64,000 bases of DNA from Trichoplax sp. H2 (taxonomy: Eukaryota): NCBI GenBank assembly GCA_003344405.1, contig NOWV01000032.1, positions 62,001-126,000 on the forward strand, in the 5' to 3' direction. Under the pieces are notes generated by a model, which saw only the letters and a list, made by a program, of their open reading frames with translations, did not search any database and had not been told where the DNA came from. This document shows, piece by piece, positions 14,251-28,559 of this stretch (its first letter is position 1; each line of letters starts with the position of its first letter). A program made the translations under genes and the position numbers.

Positions 14251-15489
14251 CACATATTTAAGTTTACTAAAATTGCTAGACACGATACAGCAAGCATTTT
14301 GATAATATAACATGTTGATACTTTGCAATCTATGATTATAACTATAACTTATCTATTATAATTACTGTATCAAACATGAACATTAATCAGTCTAACAAAC
14401 AGGTAAAAATGGACTATCCGCTTTTGCTTCAGTAATTTATGTGCAGAGAATCTAACCATCGATGGAACTTTTCATTTACTGTAGTATGCCAACTAAATCT
14501 ATCCTTACACGATACGTGAAATATCTTTAGAAAAATTGAAATCCTTATTTGCGTTCATCATCTTTGGATTTAATTGTATTTGCAGTGTAGTAAAATTCGA
14601 ATTATTACAATTTTCGGAATGATGTTTGCACCATGATGGCCGACCGCAGTGGACGTGTTTGCAAAAAAAAATATAATGCATAATTTATAATAGGTAATAT
14701 TAGGCCGAATTGTTGATTTCTGTTTTCATATTAGTTCATCAAACAACAGACCAAAACTTGAAGTGATAAATCGTAAGATGAGATTTATTATTATGGTTTA
14801 CTTAAGATTTTGATAGCGTAACACAAATAACAGCTCTATATTAACGCTCTAACATCCCAATATTAGTCTAAATTTATATTGTCTGCACTTGATTCCACAC
14901 CGCATCCTAATATAGTAAGTGTAGAATAGACGTAGCTGTATCTGAAATAGGATACTTCTAGTCCAGGTTAATTTGTACGGTTGGTTGGTTTAAGTTGTCA
15001 GTGACTCTGTAGTCATATATTAAAAAGCTCTTCATTGAGCTCTATTTATCGAATCTACGTCAATAAGCGATAAGAAGCAACGCTACTGCGTTTAGAACAA
15101 AATATTACTTTTGAGTTATCACTGCTCAAGTGAATGATGATCCGTCAGCAATCTAAATAATAGCGTCAAAGTCTTAGCTATGCTTATGCCACTTAACAAA
15201 TTATATCTTTGGCACATACCTTAAAAACACGGACACGATAGGTATAAAAGTCAGTAAATGTGCGCTGTACAGTTCATACATTCTATGCGAGCAATACTGA
15301 ACAATAACTCTTTATTTAAATTCAATATTTTATTTCGTATCCTGATGTATCTCATACGAAATATCACCGTTTACAACTATTTTATAAGAATATATTGTAC
15401 ATTATTATGTGTTTGGTAGTTTCTTACAAAATGAAGAAAGAAACGTACACACGAAAAATTCTAACCTAGAATATCTAACATTGATAGAA

Positions 15490-18400
15490 TTACGTTTGAT
15501 TTGATGTATTGCCATCTAGTTTACTAATTAATTCCTTAAAGCTCTCTCGTAATTCTCCTAGTTGCTGCCCTAAGTTATCAATCCTATGAAAGAAGCAGGT
15601 CGTTAGAAGTGAATTCGGAAATTTAAATGATAGTACATATCAGGTTGTACTATCATGGAAAAAGTAAAATTAGAGATGGATATATAGCACTTGTGGTTTA
15701 TACAAAATAAGTTACATGCACCATTTTACATATCTTATTGAAAAGACACACTCCAAATTAACCTATTACTAGTAACCTTCCATTTAAATGAATGGCTACA
15801 AAAACGTGTTATTAATAACTTTACAGTTTATTATCACCAGCAAATCCTCTCGTTTCGCTGATAGCGATTGTACCTTTTTCCTTGCTGATTTAGCTCATTA
15901 TAGATATTAGACATATGTATCAACGCGTCCTGGTTCGCGCTATCCTTCCTAGAAGTTATAGCTATGCTGGAATGATTGTGGTTGTGATTTCCAATAGGAG
16001 GCTAAATATAAGTATTGTTAAGGGAAAGCTTTACTTAAAGTACGAAAAGCTAGCAAGAATGGAACTGTAACACATTTTATACCTATTTAATATCGGCAAT
16101 TTAATGAAATAAAAATTAAGCGTCTTTTCTACAATACCTTCCCCTGATAATTACGTTCATAAACCGTATGATAGCCAATGTAAAAGTAATGTCGTAGCTT
16201 CCTAGGTAAAGTACGCTCCAAATCATCTAAATACTCGATACGAGTCGATATTAATCGTAAGCCAGCCTCACGACGTACTTTATCAATATCTCCAACAGCT
16301 AAACCAACCTAGTTAATACGCGTATAGTCATTATCAATAAAAGAAAATACTGAGATTTAGTATAAAATAAGGGTAAAAGTATAATAAGCAACAAGCTTAT
16401 CTAGAATAAAGTTGACCGCTGTAATATTATTCGCGGTAAACAGGATTCGCAAATACGTACACATACATTTACAATTATCAATCTTACCATTAAATTCATT
16501 AGTATCACCGGCATAAGAAAAATAAAAATTACGATCATAACCAAGGAAGTTATACTTTCTGTTAAACTCATCCTTCCAGTCTGAATATTATGAAACCAGT
16601 TCTCTTGATATTCTATCTCGCCTACCATCATATTAAGTACTTTTACCATTGACAATGGAACGTTATAAAATGCTGGCTAAGATTAAGATAAAAGCAATGA
16701 TTATATCATTAATGGATAGTATACAATACAGTAACATTCCTTAAAACTGATATAAGTGACTTAGATTGAAAATAATTACAACAGTAACGTATTTTTGGTA
16801 TTTGTTCATACAAATCTTAAAGTTTAACTACTTACTTCCTTCGGATTTAGGACATAAAAGCTAACTCCAAAGGCAAACGTGAGTAGGACAACAATTTCTG
16901 ATATCTACCATTTGAAGTTAATGTTCAATACCAAAGATAAAACAGTAAAGTTTAATAATTCTTCTACTTTAAAGCGGTGTATATCATAAAACGACATAGT
17001 ACATACGTGTATACCAGTTATATTTATTTCGAAATCTAGAAAACCTACCGTATTATCCTACGTAAAATCTTAATAAATTTGAACATATGTAGTACTAATA
17101 GTAATCTTAAGCAGCCTTGTACTGTATAAAACTGCATTGAAGACGGTAAAACTAATTACGCTTGTTGAGGTAATCATGAATAAAAACAGTGGCTCACTGG
17201 CTTATGTTCTTTTACTAAATATACATATTAAAGGGAGAATTTCGTTATTTTTAAACGAAATTTGAAAAAATTGCGAAACTACATCATATTTTACAATTGT
17301 TTACCCTTGATTGTCGGTACCAATCTAAGATTGATCATTTTTCTATTTTTCTTATGTTAACTTCATACTCGTAGGTAGGTTACACATTATTCAAACTTCT
17401 ATATATACTAGGACAAATAAATCTAACTTTGAAAGTTTTTGCTGTGACTGCAGCGCTATACGAGCGCATATTTAAAGTACGATTTTAAATCTATCCGATC
17501 AAGTGAGATCTACGTATTACATCGTAAAATGTGTACACTCACGTTTAGTAATGAGATAAGAACAGATTCCAACATCAGAACGAAAATACCAACATGATCT
17601 AACCTATATAGGTATAAATGACATAAAATACGTTAATAAATACATTAAATTATCTCAAAATTCTTCTATTAAAAAAGAAAAATATGATTTAAGCTATGTC
17701 TCACATTTCCATATGTAGCAATAAGTCGATATAGGCCAAAAAAATCAACAAACTATATAGGCCCATTGCAACATTAAATTCAATACGCATACCAGTTACA
17801 ATTAATAAGATATAAACAGCCAAATCAAAATAATTGGAAACTGATTTGAAGTAGGACAACCTCTAAAATATAAATATAATAAGGCGAATCAAATTGATAG
17901 AACATGTAGAGTATAAATACTAATTGCCCCCCACAGTAGCACAACTACTTTTATGCATTGATCAGCATTTTACCTGATGATAAAGTTGATATATTTCTTT
18001 CATAACATTAATATATCCAAATGTTTCCATAAAATTAGCGAGAAATATCACACCTGGAGTTCCCTAGCAAAAGCAATTTCGTTTGTTTAGTAACCTTAAA
18101 CTAAAATAAGTAGCCATAATAAGCATAACGGGATCAACGGTGCTATTGTTTTATTCAGAAGCTGCATGCGTATATGATGAACAGAATTAGACGTACAGTA
18201 TGACCATCGCCATGACTTGGCTTTTCATCACCTGTTTACACAATGCATAAAAATCATGCAAAAACATTTGTCTTCGAAATCATTTTCAACCCTAGACTAG
18301 GGTTATGCTAATCCAGATATTTATTACTGGTTTTTTTAATTCTTAAATATATTCCCAAAATATAAAAATATATACAGACTTAAGTCACAAATTTTTAAGA

Positions 18401-21400
18401 CGGTATTATTATGGCTCGGATATCTAAATAAGAAATCACTTATGCTACATAACTACATGATATCTCTACTTACAAGAAGAGCTGTAGGCGTAGATGTTGT
18501 GGTATTCTTAAGATCAGAATTGTTGCCTTGAGTTTGATTTTCGACTTCAATAGCCGCAGACTGAAAATCATTAGATAGTTCATCTGATTGCTTCTCTAGC
18601 ATGTTAGAACCACTCATATGCTGTCTACTGCCTATGCTTTGGTTGAAGTATGGTAGAGCTGTACTTGCTCTCGCTGCTCTTATTCCTTTATTAGCTGTCG
18701 GAGTTACAGCTGTTGGCTCTAGACCCACAGGATATAATCTTAAACCAATTATGGGTTTCCTAGTTGTATCGTTGAATACCTTACTGTCTTGAAGGATGAT
18801 AACATAGGTTGTAAGAGCTACCAGGAAAATTATGTAAAGCAGTAGGTTGAAATAATATAAATATTGGCCGTATTTTTTCCTAAAGCAATGAAAATTATAC
18901 CAGGAAAGTATTTACGTGTTAGGTTCATGGCATTTTCTTTATAGATAGGAATTAGCAATTAATTGTAACTAGTTGGTAATACCATTTGAAGTTGCGTAGT
19001 TGAATTGCTAGCTCATGATTTAGTAGATCAATTTGTTTGCTCTTCACCATTGTCTAAGAATACCAGTATTGATAATTTAATGTAGTGATTACAAGAAAGG
19101 AATCATATAGTTGCTTAAATAACTCAACACTTCTAAAGTTATAAGACTTTCTCTAAAAATATATATGGCGAATCTAATAGCCATGATTACTAATACTGAT
19201 CATCAATAAATAACAATATCAAGTAACCAGTGCATAGTTTTATCTTTAGCTTTATATCATCAATTCAATAAATATTTAATTTAATTTCTACACAGATTAT
19301 TATAGCCGTAAATGTTATTAAACTAAACGTGCGATTATTCGTTGAAATCTATATTTTCCTTTACACGGCTTCTGTTCGTAATGTATTCGCGATGTAAAGC
19401 TAATATGAATACTCTCACAGCAATATTGTAATTTTCATTAACTCTAAAATATGTCTATTCAGTAAATAGGACTCATAATTTCATGTAGTTAAACTTCCTT
19501 TGTCCTCAATTGCAATATAACATAGTATCCTGTCACGGTGCAAATGGACCTTGAAATGATGGTATAGATTAAATTATCTTCATTTATGCGTATATCATAC
19601 GTCTTAAAGTATTTAAAGCATCAGGTCTTCATAATTAAGCTAAATTATTTTTTAAATTTGTATTTTGAACAAGATTTTAATACTGTAAAGTATGTACAGT
19701 CTGTAAGCCTGTAATTACCATTAAGGCATTATTTCTATTTTTTCGGCTTGATACTTTTTGTCTAGATTCGAATTCTGGGCCTGGATCGATTAACGTAAAA
19801 TCGTAAAAGATTTCTTTGATCTAGAATTATGATAGCAAATTTGATATTATGTCTACACGTACGAAACGTATCATATCACACGATATGGAGCAAGTCGTAC
19901 CTGAGAAGATTCAGAACAATTAGATATAATGGTCTCATTAGATAGATATTGGTAACTTATACAAGAATCCATTGCAACCTAGAGGACACAGATATTCTGT
20001 AGCTTTATTTACTAATTCACTTGTTAAACCCTCTTAACCTGACGTTATCAAATGTATTAGCTTCCACATTTTCTTACTTTGGCAGCGTTTGGCAATTTTT
20101 CTACCATATGCTGCATGCATGTTAAGCCGTCCTTATGAACACGTTTTAATAATTCTTTGCCCCTGGAATGAGGATCAAATTGTAATTTAATTTCAGGAGA
20201 GATTTTAGGAAGAAACAAAGCAAATTTATACAAGTTTAAACGTTTATAATGGCTTATATAGTAAGATAATTCGATAGTCAGATACGATTAGAATCGAAAA
20301 AGGATAGTTCTAAATAATTGAAACTAGTGACGTAGTCTATTGATAATTCTATTTCTACAGATTCATAGTAAAATATGTCTGTAGCACATAATCATCTTTC
20401 AAAAACTTCTTTATAGATCAATACTTTGTATTTTAACCTACTGATTATGGTTAATTAGCGTAATTGCCACACTCTCCTGGCAGTTTATTACAGCAACATC
20501 TAAACAACTGTAATTTTCTTCGTCAAGACTATCTATTTTGGCACCATGTCTTAGCAGCTCGATAACAATACCATTATATCCTTTGGCTGCAGCTACGTGC
20601 AATAGCGATTGCTTGGTTTATTGGAATAGACGTGAAAAAAATATAAGTTTATAAAACACCTAGAACACGTAGTAATCTCAAATTTACATATTAAATTGTT
20701 CTCTGATATATAATTCTGATAGTTCAAGTTTATACACATATGCACTATATAGAGTGTAATACTTACAGCATTGGCATTTGGAGTGTTGATGGAAACACCA
20801 TGTTTTAATAATACCTGTACAATTTTAATATAGCCAGCGTTAACTGCAATTTCTAGAGGCGTCATGTAACTGCAATCTCTAAATAGTACAAAAATCAATA
20901 AACCGCAGCTTGAATACTACGTTAGATTATATGCACGCGTACCGTACTTTAATTTAACACTGTATGTGTATATTTGCTGTCAAGTACGGTATTTTGGCTT
21001 TAACGTATTGCTATTAAATTAATCTGCCTCTCCGGTGTACTCCAAATTATATTGCACTAATGGCTCAATCCGGGTTTTATACTCGTTCATTTGAACGGGT
21101 AATTTACGAAATTAACGCAAAAACTGAACTGTAAACTTTAATTTAGGTTATATTTCCAACTTTATGATAACATTCCATGGCTCTAACTTATTATAAGAAA
21201 ATAATGTAGATTATAGCAATAATAGATTTCAGTATAACTTTACCGTCTTTCGGCATCGGCTCCATTTTTCAAGCAAAATTGTACCGTTTGTTTATGGCCG
21301 CCGACTACAGCAACATGTAAAGGTGTACGAGATTTATCTCCCAAATGATTTATTAGTGGCGGCGCCCGTCGACAAATAAATTGTATGATTGGTTGATTTT

Positions 21401-24400
21401 CAGTTCTAAATCAAAAAATATAGGGGTTAGAGCAGATAGATAATTTTTATATCGAAGCTGCAAGACCAATGAAGTTCTCACTTAGCACTCTTTCTATTTT
21501 AGGACTGAAATATTTCAATTAAAAGATTGTATGTGAAGATAAAAACAGTTAGTTATATCTATTACATCTTAACTGACAATAACATAAGGGTAAAATTCGT
21601 TTAAGTAAAAGTGTATACGAAAGGTAAATTATGTTTAACAAAAATCCAGTAGGTATTTAGAGTGAGATGTGAATTGAACATGATTATACTATTTATTAAA
21701 CAACACCGATAATTATTGATTACTTTAATTAACGAATTATCTATTTCTATGGCTAAGAAATTTAAAGCCTATTATGCTTTCACATCAGAATGCAATTAGT
21801 TTCTGTAATATTTCAGGGAAATTTATATCTATACAACTTTAAATTGTAGCAAAAACTCACTTACTTGCACGCGAGATGGAGAGGAGTATTATCATCTTCA
21901 TCGATGCTATCAATATTGCTGCCATTTTCAGCAAGCAAAGAAACAACCTTTTCGAAATTAACATTAAATAAAACTGTAATAAGTATATTGTAACTTAATT
22001 CGAATAAGAAGAAGAATTAATCTCATATGTACAAACAGTATAAGTTATACATTATAATGGCCATTTTCAGCTGCATAATGAAAAGCAGTTCTTCCATGAG
22101 TATCTGGTTCATTTATTAATGCTTGCGCTCCTCTCTAAGTAATCCAGTCATCATGCAATATTCATATATTGTGTAACATTTTATTAAATAATTTAGTAAA
22201 TATCTGACCATCTATCTTACATTTAGTAAATCTTTTAGAATTTCTAAACGATCGAAATTCGCGGCGATATGTAAGCAAGACTGGTTCTTATCGTCCATGA
22301 TCATACAACTGGCTCCCTGGTCGAGCAGAAATTTTACTATCTCTGATTTGCCATTTTCTATTGCAAGAAGCAAGGCAGTTTTGTGTCTACCATCGACACT
22401 ATCAATGTTTGCACCCTATTAACAGCATGGATAAAATAATTTCATCCAATACACTCAAAATAGTCAAAGAAGTCACGCAAGCGTTCTTACATTTTTCAGT
22501 AATAACTGAATAATTTTTTTATGACCATAACACGAAGCAAGATGGAGTGGAGTTTTATAGCGATAATCACGACATTCGATATCTATATTACTCGCAATTA
22601 ACAGCTCAACAGCACTGCGTTGGCCAGAAATAACAGCAAGGTGGAGTGGAGTCTGTCCTTGTTTCTGTTCAATATAATATAGTTTGCCAGAATTTGGTAA
22701 ATTGTTTCAATTACTGATTTTATTTTCTGTTACTTATTTCGATTTCTACTTTAAACATTAATTATTGAAAGAATTAGCACTAAAGCGTACGGTTAAAATA
22801 TCTTTTTTATTAAAATTACCTGAACAGCGCTAATATCACTATTGAATTCTAAGCATAACTTGATGGCCTGGAGGATAGTAAAAGAAAAAAAATCAAAAGT
22901 TAGCGTAAAACACGTAATTCTTAATTTTTTAACGGGTTAAATCTGTATTTACTACAACCACTTACGCTTTTATAACCTCTTTGAGCGGCACGATGTAATG
23001 GAGTCTGCTTTTCGTTATCGCGGGCCTCAATTTGATCAAAAGTAGAAAAACTCGAAGATGAATGCTCTAATATCATAGAAATAATTTCAGTCGAGCCTTT
23101 ATCGGCAGCGTAATGTATTGGTAGGCTACCATCAACTGCTTTTAGGTTTATATCGGCACCATGTTCAAGCTAAATCGAGCAAATCAAAATGAATCCATTA
23201 TAATCGCACTATATTGTCATATTCAGATTTTTTAAAATGACTAATTTTGCTCTACTTCAAAATAACCAAATATACAACACATCAAAAACGACCTGTTATA
23301 TTCTTCCTATATATATTTTGTACTTTAAGTGAAAGTTTTTGCACCCATTCAGAAAAATGGTTTACATTGCATTAAAATATCTTTATACGTTATCTTACAA
23401 GTATTTACTTGTTAGAAATTGTGTACGGTAGTAGATTTAATTAAAATTACATTAATTACGTTTATAAAATTTTATTTTACAGTTAAAATCAACTTGCCAA
23501 ACAAGCGCAGACTTCTTTCTTAGCTTTAACGCAGGCTATGTGCAAAGCAGTCATTTTATCATGATCAACACGGTTAACAAGTATTGGGCTTACTTCAAGC
23601 AGTGCCTAAAATAATTAAATGACAAATAAACATTACGCTTAACCCCGGAATATTTTTGTTGTTTACAAGTCACAATTTCAATTATGTTTCTGGCCTAGCT
23701 TTACGTTACTCCGTTCGCTATGCTTACTTTGCAGGCTTCAATATGCCCCAATCGACTTGCAACATGAAGTGGAGATTCGCCATTACAATTAGATAATGTT
23801 GTCGATCCATTCAGAGTAATTAAAACCTTCAATGCATCTACAGAGTTATGCTTCGCAGCTATTAGCAACGGTGTTACTCCATCTCCACCGATGCAATCAA
23901 TATCTACAATTAAATTAAAAATATATAATGAAGTACTATATTGTAGTAGAACCAGAAAGAAACTGACTTATCAAGTGTAGAACTTGAAAGAACAGTGAGA
24001 AATAATATTACTGTTGAACCTGATAAAACTTAAGAGAAATTGATCAGTGAAAATCGAAAAATATTTGTTTGGCTGTATTTAAGGACATTACGGGAGCACT
24101 TTCTCCTAAAATGATCGTCTTCGAACTAAGAAAAAATTCTAATCACCGCGTATCTTAGACGATTGGTGAGAAATTATACGTCGGCTTTGAAAGTAAATGA
24201 CAATTTTATGCTAAAAGCGAATTGTTTCGTTATCAAAAAATCAATAAATCTTAAAAAATCTTAGTGAATACATTAGTAATTCTTGAAATTTTATAATTAA
24301 TGGATTTAAAGCGAGACCAATACATTCAAATTTTCTCAATAAATATTTATGCGAGATAAGTATTTCTACTGCTATTTTTTAATCTGAACTTCATAATTTA

Positions 24401-25317
24401 AGCATTCTACCATAGTCTATACATCATAATATAATTGATCTTTAGACTGAATTCAAGGATTTGATATCTAGCAAGCTTGAAACTCAAGTTTTTATAGTTA
24501 TATAATGCTATTTTTCCTTCGCTATTAATAACTAAATTGTATTCTTTGATAATATTTCTGTCAGTTTCTTAAATAGTTCAAGGAATATAGCGACAGAAAA
24601 TGCTAATTTAAAGGTAAACTTATTGTTTTTAAACTTCTAGCCATGTTTCCTTCTTGATTCTATGTGACATTATCAAGCAGGAGGTAACTACCTCTAATGA
24701 TGACAAACTTAAGTGAAAATGTTAAGAATACGTCTTTCGATTATTTCGCCACCGTACCTTGTACTATTTATTTTTATTCATGGTAACCGAATTAATAATT
24801 TATTATTTTCATGAAATTTCGTATACAACGGCAATAAAACAAAATGTACCTGCTCCATAGCGTAGTAAATACTTCACGACATCGATTCGATTATACTTGG
24901 CAGCATAATGAAGTGGCGAAAGTTTATGGCGATCCAAGCGATTACATTCGAATTTATCGTGCACTATATCACTGTCAGACAAATAATCTTCAAGAATATC
25001 GATATCCCCAGATTTAGCAGCCTAATTGAAGGCATTCTTATTAAATCAGAGCTTTTATAAATAATTTAACAGGGAATCGATTTATATATTGCGATACAAG
25101 CTCTAGTTATGGCGATAAACATTAATTTAGTATGCTGTATTTCTATCAGACTCATTGCCCTTACCCAAAAAAGATCTCTGGTGCTGTTTTCATCTGGATT
25201 AAATTTAGCATCACTAATAATAGAGCCACGAATTTCTAACGGTATTTCCTTATTGTTTGGCAAGTTAGCGAAAGCCACCTTATTTTTACCCCAAAACCTT
25301 AAATTTGCTAAAGACAT
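15490..25317 (-). CDS. TRPA1: TRPA1-like ankyrin-repeat cation channel, copy B (26 exons)
   Basis: Exon 1 25317-25165 (MSLANLRFW...RDLFW). Ankyrin exons lie at about 25021-20442. Pre-S1 is DLLNHELAIQLRNFKW|KKYGQY. Pore/S6 exon 16676-16488 has MMVGEIEY...MPVILMNLM, then VGLAVGDIDKVRREA. Last exon 15583-15490 ends ...DGNTSNQT*. One GC-AG intron is needed (donor 23497-23496). Confidence 0.92.
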
Positions 25318-26678
25318 AGTTGGTCCTTCCTGTATCGCAGCATACAAGTAACTTTCAGATTATACTATAGGTTTATAAATTATACATTTCATGTAACCTA
25401 ATAATGTAACATTTGTTTCTAAAAATAATACGTAACCCAATTAATTTAACCTTATGTAAAAAGTTCACCTTCCTAATAACTATATGAAGAACAGTTTAGG
25501 CTTCTGACGTAATCAAGATTTATTTGCTTTAGTATTGTTATCGTAATTTTGATAATTGTCAGTCTATTACTTAATTTCATAATTACTGTCGTAAACAACG
25601 GCCAGTTACCATATTACCTACTGATGCACTTTAAGTTAAATTAGGGGTGTAAATAGATATAGATTACAACCTACTATTATATTATAATTGATAACAACTT
25701 TATATTACAAAAATAGAAATGATCTATAACACAGCTAGAGTACGCATATTTTAGAATAATCTTTAAATATTCTTTAAATACAAGGCGAAGCCATTATTAC
25801 TTGCATTGGATTTCATTTCTGAATGAGACCACAAAACAACTTTTATATCTTATTATTTTACCGATAGCGGTAAAATTCATAAATATTATCCATTAATCTA
25901 AATATTAATTTCCTAACAATAGTATCGATGCGCTATCACAAAGTTGACATTAACAATTTTTAGCCATAGACGTGGAACTGCAATCACAATTTTAATTGCA
26001 TACATAGCACGTTACAGCGATAAATTCTCCTAAAAAGGTCATTATATATAATGGTTACTAAAGTTTACCTAGTCAAATCGACACCGTTTTTGCATTTGAT
26101 GGAATCACTAGTATAGGTTCAGTGGCTGATTATCTTGCTACATTCATTAATGCAGCTATGAGAATGAATGAGATTATATTGGACGATTCCTAAATTTTCA
26201 TGCTTAGTGATTTAATGCAAATATGCCTGTGCCAACTGCCATAATTTCTTGTTGTTTTATGTTATTTTCTAAAATTTTTACAATGGTAAGGCAGAATCTT
26301 TCAACTACACCTGTGATCATAATATTATTAGTAAAAATTATTAATCGCTAAATGCAAAAAGGCGGCCTGAGTTTTCATGTACATAACATGATATACACAC
26401 TAGTGACAGGCTTTGTCGTTTACCGTGTAGATAATATATAATCGATCATTTTGCAAAATGGCCGATTGTCCATACGGTACACGACATAAACATATATAAA
26501 GTTGGACAAATATCACATTTTTTATTATGTCTCTAGTCGAAATACAGTACTTAGAGATATTGTAATGTTAACCAATTCGGCCAAAAAATCGATCAGTTAA
26601 ATTTATCGTTTTATCAGTCATAAAAATTAGTTGAAAAAGTGCAACAAAGCAAAGTAATTCATAAATTAAGCTCCATAC

Positions 26679-27114
26679 CTGCTCCATAATTGAGTACTTT
26701 CTTAACAGTGTTATCGCGATTATATTTAGTTACGTAATGAAGGGCGGATATTTCGTATTGATCGAGTACATCGCGATTGAAATCATTACTGCTCTTATAA
26801 TGATTAAAATATCGATCAAGGATATCTTCATCGCCTGATTTAGTATCCTATATGTTTAATTATTGAAACATTAAGAATACTGTAAAAGTTTCAGAAGTTT
26901 TGTTCATTTTGTGACTTATTCGAAGCGCTTCATGTAGGACATTACTTACGTCAATATTTACTCAAAAAAGATCACGATTACTGCTTTCATCTGCATTTCG
27001 TCTAGATAGCTCGTGTATTTCCGGCGGATTTTAAATTTGTATCAATTTACTATCTCGACCATTGGTCGTATAGACTCTGCTTCTGTTCCATTGTGGTAGG
27101 CTAGCTAGTGACAT
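26679..27114 (-). pseudogene. Truncated TRPA1-like pseudogene fragment (exons 1-2 only)
   Basis: The exon-1 homologue 27114-26962 (MSLASLPQW...IQI*...DESSNRDLF*) has 51 codons like copy B, with a TAA at 27033-27031 and the conserved Trp changed to TGA at 26964-26962. The exon-2 homologue 26847-26679 (DTKSGDEDIL...SALHYVTKYNR...NYGA) is open with AG/GT sites. No exon-3 homologue is seen before copy B begins. Confidence 0.88.
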
Positions 27115-28559
27115 AGTTGACGATTAATTAATAGAACTTATCAATTATGCAAAGCAATGGTAATGAATAAAAGCGCAAGATCTTGTTGTGATGTTGGTGA
27201 TAGAGTTAAAATGGTTTACAAAAATAGTCTTGATATCGCAGCATAAAATGGATAATCTATTTTGCTAACAACTGTTCATAATGATAATTTACATGTAATT
27301 ATTTGATTAGACAAAATAAAGGAACATGTGATTGTGGTCATGACTTTGATACGTTGTATACATCCTAGATATCATTTACTAAAGGCTTATCGATTGCTAT
27401 CGATCACAGCTGATACACTATTCAAAAGAGTTCGTATAACATAAATCTATCAACACTATTTGCCATTACTAATAAGCATTTATTTCGAGCTAGTAACTCA
27501 TGAAAGAACTAATGAATTATCCTTACCTGTATGGATATTAGTAATCATCCGTCCATTTAGTTATCATGTTACCACCTCATATTACACACACGTGATGTAC
27601 GTATGTAGTATATTATGCGGAATAACTTGGGCATAATAACCGTAAATACTTTTCATAAGATAGCTTAAGTAGTAACGTTCTGATAATAACTTTACTTGAC
27701 GTCTTACATATTTTTCAATAGATAATGATGTATTTCTACAATACAATACTGTTTAACTACTGTTAGTACGGGCACGATTACTGTTCGACGGCTTTAATTG
27801 TGAAGAAATAAGCAGCTACGATCTCATTAATTTCTGATAATACGGAGATAGTCAGTATTTTGAGTTGCACTGTAGGTAGATTTTAATCTGATTTAGATTT
27901 GATTTATGACCGAAATGCTTGTAAATATCGTATTAACCTATCCATCAATATGTATTGTATGTGCAATTCATAGTCTGCAATTGTTTAGTTGCTTTTAGTC
28001 GAGCAGAGTAAAACAGTATGTTGTGGTATAATTTTTATTACAAAAAATGCTAGAAATTGAAATCACACACGAAGAATATTTAATCAAAGTTATTTCAGGA
28101 TAAACTAGAGCTCTGTTTTATTGTAAAGATGACATTTCGAAAGTTTGGTTTAATAATACTTATAATGATCAGTCTAATCAGTGAGACCGAAACGTTTAAA
28201 ATTTTATATTTATCAAAACTGTAACCCTAATGACATTATTTCAGAAAGATAAGATTACGGTCCGACTGATTTAAATGGCTAGACTTTAATTACTAACGCA
28301 AATTTTTGGTTTATTATTCTTCAATAGACCGTTTCTAGGTATATCAATCGATAGATGTAAATAAATAAATAGAAAAAGCACTGGCGCATCGAAAAACTTT
28401 GGAAATTTACTAACTGTAAGAATACATAGCAGACTTGATGTTAAAACACAATCTCATGATAATAGAAATAAATAAGGAAAAGTTCCAGAAACTTACTGAG
28501 AATGTAAAGTTAAATCAACTTTAGATTCATTCACCAAATTTATGGCTAAAATATCAGTT

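Noticed and set aside
28160..28200. gtct-loop-agaccgaaacg resembling stem II plus GAAA of a Penelope-type hammerhead
   Set aside because: The required CUGANGA core is absent (ataatga) and no stems I or III are identifiable.
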